DNA from: the human T2T-CHM13v2.0 reference genome, Homo sapiens
DNA: 64,000 bases
Assembly: GCF_009914755.1 (NCBI RefSeq)
Contig: NC_060945.1
Direction: 5' to 3' (one strand)
In this document: positions 52,040-64,000 of the stretch, piece by piece
Numbering within the stretch: the stretch's first letter is position 1
How the letters are laid out: each line of letters opens with the position of its first letter
Program-made: the position numbers and the translations under genes
Notes under the pieces: model-generated
Told to the model about the DNA's origin: nothing
The model's database searches: none
What the model saw: the letters and a program-made list of their open reading frames with translations, nothing else

Positions 52040-53500
52040 CATAATATAACCATCAATATCAGGACACTAATGTTGATACCTTACTACAGTCTCATTCTCA
52101 GACCCTGTTCAACTTTTACCAATTATCCCCATAATATCCAGTGTACCGAAAAGTCCAAATCAGAATGGCATGTTATGTTTTGCTGCCATATTTCCTTTAG
52201 TCCCCTTCACTCTGACACAGCTGCTCAGTTTTGCTGACTTTCATGACCTTGAACTTTTGAATATTACAAGCATTAGCTTTTGTAGAATTTATCTCAATGT
52301 GGGTTTACCTGCTGTTTTCTTGATATTAGATTCAGGTTAGCATCTTTGGTAGGCATAAGACAGAAGTGATGAGGTGTCCTTTCATTCTATCACATTGTGC
52401 CCAAGTTTGATTTGTCTTCTCACCAACTTCCTATTACCTTTATCACTTGACTAAAGTGATATCTGCCAGGCCTCTCCATTGTATTCTCTATCCCTTTGCA
52501 ATTAGTATTTTGTGGGAAGTAAACACCCTGTTCCTCAGCAAAAATTTCAACTTATTCATTTACTTATTGTATTAGTTCATTTACATGCTGCTGATAAAGA
52601 CATACCTGAGACTGGGCAATTTACAAAAGAAGGAGGTTGATTGTACTCACCATTCCACATGGCTGAGGGGGGCTCACAATTATGGCAGAAGGCAAAGAGG
52701 AGCAAGTCACATCTTACGTGGATGGCAGCAGGCAAAGAGAGCTGGAGCATAGAAACTCCTGTTTTTAAAAAACATCAGATCTCATGAGACCCATGATTCA
52801 ATCATCTCCCAACTGGGTCCTTCCCACAACACGTGGAAATTACGGGCGCTACAAGATGAAATTTGGGTGGGGACACAGAGTCAAACCATATCATTTATTT
52901 ATACCTATACTGGTTCATAGTTTCCAATTTTTATTAGGTGGGTTATAATTATTTAACAAAATTTTTATTTTAATCTTCAAATGAACCTTTTTTGGGCCAG
53001 TAGCAGTTCTTTCAAGGTGCTTTCTTTTTCTTTTGCCATGTTTCCAACATTCCTGGCTCAACAAGATATACCAGGTTCATCTAATATTTGCCCTGCTCCA
53101 ACACTGGAATCAGTCATTTCTCAAGAGCCCCTGGAGAAGCCAAGATCTGGGTGTACAGTGTGTGCTTATTGCTTTTGAAGTATTGCTACTCCAGTCCTTC
53201 CAAGTGGAAGGAAGCCTCGTGAATATATGTATACACACACAAACACATACACACATGCACATACAGACACACACACATATACAGACACAGAGTTTTACAT
53301 CTATATGTATTTCTAGATCTAGCTATAAATCCTGAAAACCGTGAGTTCATACCAATAACTAATTCCAATCTAACCTCACAGGGCCTATTCTGGTTTTCTT
53401 TATTTCTTTCCATAAATGCAAACTCCTTCTCCAACAATGAGAAACCCAGATCTCATTGTGCTTACATATTTACCTATTTGATAAGATGCCCTGTATATAA
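52040..53500 (-). mobile_element. L1MC-like 3' region, split by a THE1 LTR
   Basis: tttcatgaccttgaacttttgaatattacaagc...tgatattagattcaggtta...ccaggttcatctaatatttgccctgctcc...ggaatcagtcatttctcaagagccc. Confidence 0.7.
52568..52893 (-). mobile_element. THE1B/C solo LTR with a small internal deletion
   Basis: tgtattagttcatttacatgctgctgataaagacatacctgagac...gtcaaaccatatca; TSD cttat/tttat. Confidence 0.9.
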
Positions 53501-53609
53501 CCAAACTCCTGCCTCTGCCATGACCCCTGATCCATCCAGGTTTACTGCTTACCCAACCCTGGAAGCCTGGGCTGCCTGCCACATGAAGTCCCTTATCCCC
53601 TTGTAGAAC

Positions 53610-53806
53610 ACTTGCCAGGTAACATACAGGATGCTCAGTTAAATTTGAATTTCAGAGCAACAACGAATTATTTTGTAGTATCAGTGTGTCCCAAGAAAAG
53701 TTATACTGCTTATATGTATAACTATTATTTCTTTAAAAGCATCAGTATAGTTTCATTGTTTATCTGAAGTTTAAATTTAACTGGGGGTCTCGTGTTCTGA
53801 CACCAC
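53610..53806. mobile_element. MER53-like palindromic hAT MITE
   Basis: ttgccagg...atacaggatgctcagttaaatttgaatttcaga...tgtttatctgaagtttaaatttaactggg, with the two arms reverse-complementary. Confidence 0.75.
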
Positions 53807-54414
53807 AGTTCAGGCTTCTCTTAGCATAGGTCCGACTTTGTATTCACTTGCTGCTCGCTTCATATACATGTCCCTTCCCTTCACCTTAGCACTCTGGCTC
53901 CCCCAGCTAAGCTGACCCTCTGTGAGACACAATTTCTCATTCTACTGTGTGCTGTGACACCCTGCACTGAGTTGGGCTGTGACGTCCAGCCAGCCTGAAA
54001 TTCGCCAGGCCCTTCCTCAGCTCCGCCACCTGGTCCAGGGCAACCCACCCGTTACGGGCTGTCCTCTCACTCTGAAACCTCACCTTGAGCCACTACACCT
54101 CTCCCCAACTCCCTTGTGGATGTCTATGTCCTGCTTCACCCAGTATTTTTAGGACCCAATGTTCAGAGAGGGAAAGAGAGGGAGGAAGGAAAAAGAAAGA
54201 ATTCTGAAACATATTTGAGGATAGATTGCAGAGTTTAACACTAAGTGCTCATTTCATGATAATAGATCATCATGAAAAACACAGGAAAGTTCTACTAACA
54301 GCAAGAATAATTTATAATTTCTATTTGCTTCCAAAAACAGAAATAAAAGGTCAGAAGTAAACCGTTTTGGACTGTTTTTCCCCAAGTGTGAATAGTAATA
54401 AGCCTGCTTTGTTA

Positions 54415-54556
54415 GGAGAAAGAAAAAAATCAAGACGGAGGGGAGAAGAGGAAGAGAAAGAAAAGAATAAAAGAGAAAGAGAAAAGGAAAGAGAAAAAAA
54501 GGGAGGGAGGGAAGGAAGGAAGGAAGGAAGAAGGAAGGGGAGAGGAAAAGAGGGGA
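54415..54556. repeat. GA-rich simple repeat
   Basis: Purine tract including a (GGAA)4-5 run. Confidence 0.85.
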
Positions 54557-54989
54557 ATCTATTATGTATAATGTTAAACATTTAAATGGTATGAAATGCT
54601 TTAAAACACTAAAATTTTACATTTTATTACTTGAATAAGAAATCTACACAATCTGGTAGATGAGGCAGGGAATGTTGCCTCCCCTATGTATATATTTTTT
54701 TCTTTTTCTTTTGTTACAAATCTTTATTTTATTTGTGCTAGCAAAGTGCCCAGACCTAAGTGATAGTAGACAATTTATGTAATCTAGTGAGTCACAAATG
54801 AGACAATTCTATACCCCTAGGGAGTGGTTTGAATACTGTGGATGTATTTTTGGTTTCAAAATTATTGGGAAGAGGAACTAGCTTGGTGAACATGACATGA
54901 GACAATCTAACATACTGAAGAATTATTCATTCAAAACATCAAAAGTGCTTCCATGGAGAAACACTGGTATAAGCCTAAAGCTGCACTCC

Positions 54990-55335
54990 ACCCCTAGTTT
55001 TCCATCCTTTCTAGCAGCTTACACATGGCGAGAGTACCCAGTTCTAATCAATGAAACCTCAAAGGAAATGTGAAGTTGCTCTAGGAAAGCTATTTGTTTC
55101 TAATGAAAGATGACATCATAGAACTCACCATCACTTTCCACTTCTTTCTTCTTCGAAAGCAGCCATCTGTGTCCAAGAGAACTATAGAGGCACTAGATGT
55201 TGCACTGTTAAGAGCTGAGCCAAAGCTGCACCTCCCTTCCTCCAGCTACGGAAGGAAAATAAATCCTTACTTGTTTAAGCCACAGAGGTCAGTTTTTCTG
55301 TTATTTTCAACATAGCACATTCCTAACTAAAACTA
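54990..55335 (+). mobile_element. MLT1J/K-like LTR fragment
   Basis: acccagttctaatcaatgaaac...aaataaatccttacttgtttaagccacagaggtcagtttttctgttatt...cattcctaactaa. Confidence 0.55.
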
Positions 55336-58155
55336 TGGTATTTTTATTTCAAGAAGAGAACATTTAAATGTTCGGCTTTCAGGGATCTCCTGATTAGAAG
55401 AGATGACTACGAACTCCCCTTTCAACCTATCTTGATGATCTATATTAGATGAGGTGACAGAGGGAGGGAGGAGAACTAGAAACAGGGATATCTCCTAGTT
55501 TGGTATAAATGCAAAGAAGACTTCATTAAAGGCTTATTGAATGGTGAATGCCTTGAATGCTGCCTCTTAGTGCCCAGTAGCCCGAGGGCTATGAAGCATG
55601 TGAAAGTGACATAGAGAATTTATTCTCTAGGGGCTAAAGGACCTATCTGTTAATAACACTTTCTAACTGCTTGACATTCAGCTAAATACTTAACCTAAGA
55701 TTCCTCAGTTACATGAAGGTAATAATGGTTGCTACCTCAAATGGCTCTTGTGAGGATTAAATGAGGTAATGCTTGTATACAGTGCAAAGTATAGAGTAAG
55801 TATCAATGAAGGTAAAATACTGGTGATTTTTCATACTCTCTACATAATTTTAAATTGTGTTTCTTTGGTTAATTACTTTTGGCTGTTACTTTTTTTGTTG
55901 GTAGTGAATTTAAGAACCATGAGAAGAATGTTATCCAGCAAATGCTGTATACTTTAACATGCTTATAAAGACTTTTTAAAAGTAGCTTCATGTATCCCTT
56001 CTTCATTTTTATAGTGGCAATTTAAGCTAACTAGCTGGCATTTTATCATGCATTTACAGATCCACAACTCTAGTAAATAAAGTTATCAGACAGGAATACA
56101 ATTCAGAAATATATTTAAAGAGCAAAGCTTATTTTTCTAAGAATTTTACTTTGTTGATTTAAAAAAACAATATTTTATTGTCTTATCTAAGTGAATTTCA
56201 TATCCATGACAAGTTTGTTAATGTTATTTAATCCCCTCAGCATATCAATTTAAAGATCAAAGGTTAAAATTTTATAAAACAAATTGTGAGGTAATGCAAT
56301 GTCAATCTTGTAATGTTTTATGAGAATAATGCAATTAAATTATAATATATAAAATTCTTACATTTCTAATCAAAGCTTCATAAAATGAACATATTGTATA
56401 GAGTGATTACAAACTGAAAAAACAATTTTCTTAAATAGAAGATGTGACAGAACATAGTTAAGAGGATTTACTAGGTAATACATTTTGAGGACTTCTTAAA
56501 ACAATAAACTACACATCTTTAATATTTTTAAAACTGCCAGAAGTCTGTATTTAATATAGGATCATGCTGTATTTTTGAACCTCTGTTTTGTTGTAATGAT
56601 ATCATACTGAAATGTAATGCAAAGTAAAATGTATACAATGTAAAACGCAAGTCTTACATATGTTGCTATTGGATACACTGCTTATAAAGCTAAGGATAAA
56701 AGATAACTCTAAACTCTGAGTCATACAACAGTTATAAAGCAAATATGCACATTTATATCTCAAAAGATAAAATTGCAACTGTTACTAAGCAGGAGTAAAT
56801 TCTTTGCTGAATCATCCTTATTGCAAACATGTTTTGTCATTAGTGGCTAGATTGCCCAATTCAATTTTCCTACGTATCAATCAGTGCCTAACGTTTTAAT
56901 TTTACTAACCCCTTTGGAACTATTATCACATCCTAATATTAATGCCAATTGTAGTAATTGTGCGCTAAATTCCCTTTGCCTCTAAAACATATCTTTTCCA
57001 TAAATGTATGTGAACATTTCTGAAGACTCATTTTTACTAACATGTATTTTATTATATAAACAGAAATATGTATGACAAATATATAAAATAACAGACATTA
57101 ATCATACATTAAGATACTATTATAAAACGGAAATATTTGGAAATTCACCTTAGAAGTTTTAAAAGGAGTTGACAAAGAGTTTAAGTTTGTTTTTCTACCA
57201 GTCTGTAATATTTATGAAGTCAGACAGATCTGTGTTCTCCTGTATGTAGCCCTAAACACCAAGCCCAATGCTTGGAATTTAATAGAGGACCAATGAGAAT
57301 TTGTTGAATTGAAACCAATTGATCCTTATTATGCTTTCTAGAAACAGGGAAAAGAAAAAATTTGAAAGACTTGGTAATTTCTCTTTCACAAAATGATCAT
57401 TCAAGTAGATATTAATAGAAACAGCTTTCACGATTCCCTAATCTTTTTTGCCCTGGCAGGATGTTGTCTATTTCCTTTCTTTCCAAACTCCATGCCATTT
57501 CATAGCTCATCTCCAGAAGTTTCTTTATGCTAGGGTGATTCATGGCCCAAGAGTCTGTTATGATTTTCCTTACCTAGGGCATTACATTAGAAAAAATGAA
57601 GCTTAAAATCACATTAATTATATGATATTAAATAGACATAGCTACATTTAAACAATGATGTATACATTATGATTAAACTATTTGACTTATTTACTTGTGT
57701 TGCCAGGGTTTGGAAGAGAATATGCAACAATTAGAATTATGTAATGTTGATGGCATTATGATAATTTTTATCCCTACTGCTGCACAAACTTATAATTAAA
57801 GTTAAAACAATTTCTCTATGCCTGGTAACTACTTCATATTATTAATTTATATGGAGTTTGAAATCGATCAAAAGCCATCTACCTGTCTTTTGCAAATAAA
57901 CTGTCCTTAGTCCACCTCTTTACACATCCTGGATTTATATAGCTAATGTCTTCAAAATAGTATAGGATTTCACATTTGAAGTTTAATTTTCATATAGTCA
58001 ATTTTATTTCAGCCTATGGATATCCTTTTAAATATTCTTACAAATTAGCTATCCCTTCTAGCTTTGGGCAATATGAAAATACTACATGTAATTTATTTAA
58101 ATAAAATAACACACATGCACACAAATAAGTTAGATGAGGCCACATGCATTTCATC

Positions 58156-58501
58156 TGTCTTAGCCAGTTTGGACTGCTATACCAAAATACCATAGACTGA
58201 GTGGCTTAAATTATAGACTTATTCTCACACTTCTGAAGATCCAGGTGCTGCCGCATTTGGTTTCTGGTGAGTACTGTCTTCTTGGTTTGCAGACAGCCAG
58301 CTTCTGGCTATATCCTCATGTAGTAGACAAACAGAATATCTTTCTCCTCTCTCTTCTTATGAAGGCACTAATGCCATTTATGAGGGCTGTACCCTCATAA
58401 CTTAATCACTCCCAAAAGACTCACTTCAAAATATTATCACATTATGGATTAGGGTTTCAGCATATGAATTTAGGGGGAACATAAACATTTAGTCCATAGT
58501 A
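58156..58501 (-). mobile_element. MLT1A0-like solo LTR
   Basis: tgtcttagccagtttggactgctataccaaaataccatagactgagtggcttaaa...aaacatttagtccatagta; TSD tcatc/ccatc. Confidence 0.85.
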
Positions 58502-58755
58502 CCATCTGAGGATGCTTTTCAAGTTGATAATGTTCAAATTTTCATCTCTCTGTCCTTGCAAACATTATTTAATCAGTCTATATATTATCAGCTTATCCAC
58601 CAATGATTTATGAGATTGTATTTCTGATTAACTTATCAGAAACCAAGATACTCTATCATGGTTATTGTTTTACCAGTTAAGTAAGACTTACAGACATAAC
58701 AACTATGAGATAGTCCAGGTCTATTTAATAGAAAAGAGCTGCACACATATTCTGA

Positions 58756-59008
58756 AGTAGTTTGCTAACCTGAATTTGCATAAGAATCCACTAAATAAGC
58801 TTTAGAGAGCTGATGAGAATCCACTAAATTAGTTTGAGTGGATTCTTACGTAATTTCTAAATGCAGGTCTCAGGACACCATCCCCAAAATATGTTGATTC
58901 AGTAAACCTGTGGGGTTAATAATGAATCTACATTTACAATAGGGACTCCACTTCCCTAGGTTTTTTGTACATGATTGATCCTTGAACCATACTTTTGAAA
59001 AACACTGG
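58756..59008. mobile_element. MER5-like hAT relic
   Basis: agtagtttgctaacc...aaatgcaggtctcagg...tgattcagta...gaatctacattta...accatacttttgaaaaacactg. Confidence 0.55.
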
Positions 59009-60513
59009 AAGTTATATATTATGGAAGGAAAACAATATGTACTAATTTCAACCCAGAGAACTATGATGTGGACACATCTGAAGTGCAATATCAATAATAT
59101 TTAATATGTATCCTACACAGTGAAATAGAAAAGAACAAATAATCCAACAGGGAATATATACTTTTATATTATGTGGTAAGACAACACATAAAAATAAAAT
59201 AAATAAGATGTGACAGTAGAAATAAAGTTTTTTTCACATAAACCTTGGTTCAAGAATATAAGAAAATAACTAAGTATTAATATGTAAAAATTGCAAATGT
59301 TACAATACTGCAAGCAAGATTTCTAACCATCTTCTGGGTATGTGACTTTTACTTTTCTGCATATGTGGATATGTCAACAACTGGAATGGTAATGTGCTTT
59401 TCTTAGAATTATAAACAAGTTATGTAACAGTTTGGTGGTCCAAAGACATCCTCTAACATGTGTGGGTCTCTAAAGATACGATTTGGCTGTCAAGCCTTTT
59501 CTATTTATAGGAAAATAATACATAACGTATAAATTTCTAAACAGTATTAATTCTTTTTGCTGACATTTACCTATTTGTTTTTATTCAGTTTTATCTTTGC
59601 AATTTCTTACAAAATAAAATATTTTTCATTTTTATGTTGCCATGTGACTACATCTGAATATCAAATTTTTCCAAAATAGTAATCTGATTGTGTAACATCG
59701 TGGCTTAAAGCCCTTCAGATTCTTCACATGACTCTTAAGATGATATCCAAATTCTGGACATGACCCACAAGACCACTGCCAGCCAAGCCCTCCAGTCGGC
59801 CCTCTCTGGGTTCTTCATACCAGCTCTCTCCAGCTTAGCCACAACTCATCAAGATCTTGGTATATAACAGATACTGTCCCTAATGCATTATGGAACAAAT
59901 CACCTTCAATCCCTGCTAAAGATGTTCCAGATAGAATGAATTTTCTTTTCTTTTCACAAATTGATCATTTGAAAAGAAAAGGAAGCTTTGCCATGTTTGT
60001 CATGTCACACAATACCACATCAGTTACGAAATGATGAGGCTCAGATTTGAACTCAGACAAGTCTAAATCCAAAACCCTAATTCTCACCATTGCATTACGG
60101 GGCTTGCTCTTTGAATTTTCAAATATGCCTTCTTTCTCTATTCTTCAAAGTGTCTGGAAAACTATCCTTGTTCCCAGAGCCTCCTTCACTGGCTAATTCT
60201 ACCCCCAGTTCCTCTCAGGCAGTCTAGACTCTGTGTGTACGTTCCCATGTTACAAAGCACAATTCCTAATGGACTGTATTGTAATTGTACAGTTAGTTGT
60301 TTGTATCCCTCAAAAGAATTTTGTATGAAGGCAGAAAGCTTATTATTCACCAGAATCTCCAGACTGTCTGACACTTGGCATATAATAAATGACAAATAAA
60401 TGTGTTGATTGGTTCGTTGAAATCATGAATGAATGAGGCTTTTGTATGAGAAAGTGTCAGAAATAACGTTTGTAGATTTGCTTGAAAATGTTGCGCAACT
60501 TAAAAATTGTGTT

Positions 60514-61843
60514 GGGATCTGGCAAGATGGCCGAGTAAGAATAGCTCCTGTCTGCAGTTCCCAGTGAGATCAACACAGAAGATGGGTGATTTCTGCATTT
60601 CCAACTGAGGTATCCGGTTCATCTTATTGGGAATGGTTAGACAGTGGGTGCAGCCCACAGAAGGCGAGCAGAAGCAGGGTGTGGTGTCGCTTCACCTAGT
60701 AAGTGCAAGGGACTGGGGAACTCCCTCCCCTAGCCAAGGGAATCTGTGAGGGACTGTGCTATCTGGCCCAGATATCACACTTTTCCCACAGTTTTTGCAA
60801 CCCACAGACCAGGAGATTCCCTCGTGTGCCTCATCACCACGTCCCTAGGTTTCAAGTGCAAAACTGGGCTGCTGTTTGGGCAGACATGGAGCTAGTTGCA
60901 AGAGTTGTTTTTTTTTTTTTTTTCATACCCCAGTGGTGTATGGAACTCCAGTGAGACAGAGCCATTCACTCCCTTGGAAAGGGAGCTGAAGTCAGGTAGC
61001 CAAGTGGTCTCACTCAGCAGGTCCCACTCCCACAGAGCCCAGCAAGGTAAGATCCACTAGCTTGAAACTCTCGCTGCCAGCACAGCAGTCTGAAGTCAAC
61101 CTGGGACAATTGAGCTTAGCAAGGGGAGGGGTGTCCACCACTACTGAGGCTTGAGTAGGTGGTTTTCCCCTCACGGTGTAAACAAAGCCACTGGGAAGTT
61201 TGAAATGGGTGGAGCCCACCACAGCTTGGCAAAGCTGCTGTAGGCAGACTGCCTTTCTAGATTTCCCCTCCCTGGGCAGGGCACCTCTGAAAGAAAGGGA
61301 GCAGCCCCAGTCAGGGGCATATAGATAAGACTCCCATCTCCCTAGGACAGAGCACCTGGGGGAAGGGGTGGCTGTGCGCGCAGCTTCAGCAGACTTAAAC
61401 GTTCCTGCCTGTCAGCTCTGAAGAGAACAGCAGATCTCCTAGCACAGCGCTTGAGCTCTGCTAAGGGACAGACTGCCTCCTCAAGTGGGTCCCTGATCGC
61501 CATGCCTCCTGACTAGAAGACACCTCCCAACAGGGGTAGACAGACACCTCATACAGGAGACCTCCTGCTGTCATCAGGTGGGAGCCCCTCTGGGATGAAG
61601 CTTCCAGAGGAAGGAGCAGGCAGCAATCTTTGCTGTTCTGCAGCCTCCGCTGGTGATACCCAAACAAACAAGGTCTGGAGTGGACCTCCAGCAAACTCCA
61701 GCAGACCTGCAGAAGAGAGTCCTGACTGTTAGAAAGACAACTAACAAACAGAAACAATAACATCAATATCAAGAAAAGGGACACCCACCCAAAAACCCCA
61801 TCCAATGGTCAATAGCATCAAAAATCAAAGGTATATAAATCCA
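60514..61843 (+). mobile_element. L1PA7/8-like complete 5'UTR, truncated just before ORF1
   Basis: Starts ggcaagatggccgagtaagaatagctcc (YY1 site CAAGATGGCCG), preceded by a TT/AAAA endonuclease site; ends aaaggtatataaatccac a few bases short of the ORF1 ATG. Confidence 0.88.
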
Positions 61844-61859
61844 CATTACAGCACATTAC

Positions 61860-62372
61860 AGCTGTGGTGGCCATGGGGCAAAACTCCTTCTGCCTGCAAA
61901 AAGCAGAGGGAAAAGTAAAGGGAACTTTGTCTTGCACCTTAGGTGCCAGGGTGGTCACAGGGGTGTAGGGCACCAAGCAGCCACTTGGGTTCCCTGATTC
62001 CAGGACTTGATTCTTGGATGACACTTATGGACCTGCCCTAGGCCAGAAGGGAGTCCACTGCCATCTAGGGTGAGTCCCAGGCCTCGCAGCATTCACCACA
62101 AGCTGATTTTTAAAACCTTGATCCTTAAGGGAACATAGGTGGTAGTCTGTCAGTACTCTCTGTGGCCTGGGGTGGTGGGGTCTATGGGGTGAGGTTCCTC
62201 TGTCTTTGAAAAGGGGAAGGAAGAGTGGGAAGGGCTGTGTCTTGTGGTGTGAGTGCCAGCTCAGCCACAAGGTAAACTTCTAAGGTTTTTTACTCTAGTC
62301 CCTGACTTCTAGACTGGACTTCTAGACCCACCCAGAGCCTGGGAGACCTTGCCGCCCTGAAGGGAAGAACAT
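61860..62372 (+). mobile_element. Internal piece of an older L1 (L1PB/L1MA-type) 5'UTR
   Basis: agagggaaaagtaaagggaactttgtcttgcac...ggacctgccctaggccagaagggagtccactgcc...gcagcattcaccacaagctga. Confidence 0.7.
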
Positions 62373-63214
62373 AAAATAGCATAAAATCTGAATACTGTAT
62401 TTGTTTCCAGAAATGTACTTCTATTATTCCTAGATGTGTGTCAGCCAAGAACTTATCTCAGAAACTGCTTATCCTTGCAATAACAAAGGGGAAGTTTCCT
62501 CTTTAAAAAGGAACATTGGGCTAAGATGATATACTCTGAAGACGTAAAAATGGCCTGGTGTCTATTACAAATAAATGAAACACCAGAGTATTGAATGTAA
62601 TATCTTCTGGTGTTTAGGTCTTAATTTCTAATATGAGGTGCTTTTAAAATTTTCAAGCTATGTTTGATGCAGAAAATTAAACTTGACACATTAAAGAATA
62701 CCAACTCACTTCGGACCTCTTAAGAAACATGTATTCTTCTGTAAGAAGCAACATGTGAATCAAGTTTAAAAGATTATGAACATTTTGGACACTTGCCACT
62801 ATGTTTGAACAACTTTGAAAGTCAAAAATGACCATACTCAACTAACTACAGTAGTATGCACGTAGGAATTAGATTGTTTTAGTCATTAATTAACCAATAA
62901 GTAAAATAATATATTATTTACTTTTACCTTTTATAACATTGTCAGTCACCTTTTTCAAATATCAAGTACTTTATATTTCAAAGTATGTCTTACTTTCTAA
63001 ATTTATTTTCCTATATATTTAGCAATGCTTAAGGTTGTTTGCGTAATTAAGAACCACATTACATCTCTGTGTGTGAGAGAGACAGTGATATAGCTCAAAT
63101 TATTCAAAGGTCAAACTTGGACAGAACCAATATTAATGACTTTATCTATCTTATTTATTTTTTACCAAGTATTGAATTTTCTGTTTTATGTTAGCCCTCA
63201 CTCTGTGGTGAGAC

Positions 63215-63460
63215 ATTGTAGCACAGTCATTAAAAACATCAACGCTGGTACTAAACAACCTGGGTTGGAACTGCTGCTCTATAGCTCATTAATTGTGCAA
63301 TTTGAGAAGTTGACATAATCTTTCTGTGCCTCAAATACTCAATAGTAAAGTGTAGATAACAATGATGCCTATTGTCATATGGTTGTTGTGAAGATTAAAC
63401 AAATTAGTATAAGTAAAATTGACTCAAAAAAATCTAGTAAGTAGTAGATTTTTAAGTAAG
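63215..63460 (+). mobile_element. MIR
   Basis: cctgggttggaa...agttgacataatctttctgtgcctca...ggttgttgtgaagattaaac. Confidence 0.7.
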
Positions 63461-63701
63461 TAGTACATACATATAAAACATAGTAAGTTTTATATGTTGT
63501 TAGTTATTATTTTTCCTATTTGTACATTTAAAGTCATATTTAGACATATTAACTATTATTTATAAAATTTAATATTTCAATATCAAAAATTTTAAGATAC
63601 GAAAAAAATTTCTCTGTCTAGATTATAGATATAGATAATCAGGATGGTTTCATGCAAGAAATAGCATTCTTCCAATGTTGGATTGATTGCTATAGAAAAT
63701 G

Positions 63702-64000
63702 GGCCAGGCATAGTGGCTCATGCCTGTAATCTCAGCACTTTGGGAGGCTGAGATGGGTAGATGGCTTAATCCCAGGAATTCGAGACCAGCCTGATCAATA
63801 CAGGGAAGCCCCGTCTCTATAAAAATTAGCTGGGCGTGGTGGTGTGCGCCTTTAGTCCCAGGTAACCAGGAAGGAGGAGGTAATCTGGTAGGAGGACCAC
63901 TACCAGATCACTACCTCCCTAGCCCAAGAGGTTGAGGCTGCAGTGAGCTATGATCACACCACTGTACTCCAGCCTGGGCAATAGAATGAAACCCTGTCTC
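63702..64000 (+). mobile_element. AluJ with an internal hairpin-forming insertion; runs off the window end
   Basis: ggccaggcatagtggctcatgcctgtaatc...gaggttgaggctgcagtgagctatgatc. Confidence 0.9.

Noticed and set aside
53233-53290. (CA)-rich tract as Z-DNA or a functional element
   Set aside because: Short, interrupted microsatellite within an L1 relic

Overview
64 kb of AT-rich primate (human-like) genomic DNA. It contains no recognisable intact protein-coding gene, rRNA, tRNA or CRISPR array. Nearly all supplied ORFs are accidental frames in Alu, L1, MaLR or ERV-L relics or in GA/CT simple repeats. About half the window is interspersed repeat: L1 fragments (L1PA, L1PB, L1MA, older L1M), about ten Alus, two full-length THE1/MST MaLR proviruses, several solo MaLR LTRs, an internally deleted HERV-L/MLT2A1 provirus, and L2, MIR, MER and MADE1 relics. 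Two signals stand out. (1) A candidate minus-strand spliced transcript starts in the intact MLT2A1 3' LTR (TATA, DUX4-like motifs, GTAAGT donor) and continues through well-formed exons at 43949-44118, 39011-39119, 38697-38836 and 7110-7140; the LTR-exon 2 splice creates a 75-codon ORF. (2) There is a series of local templated-insertion and fold-back scars: a 166-bp copy from 3 kb away, a 190-bp fold-back inversion, a 60-bp copy from 1.8 kb away, and nested palindrome chains. Repeat subfamily calls are by eye from remembered consensus sequences and boundaries are approximate. The transcript model is inference.
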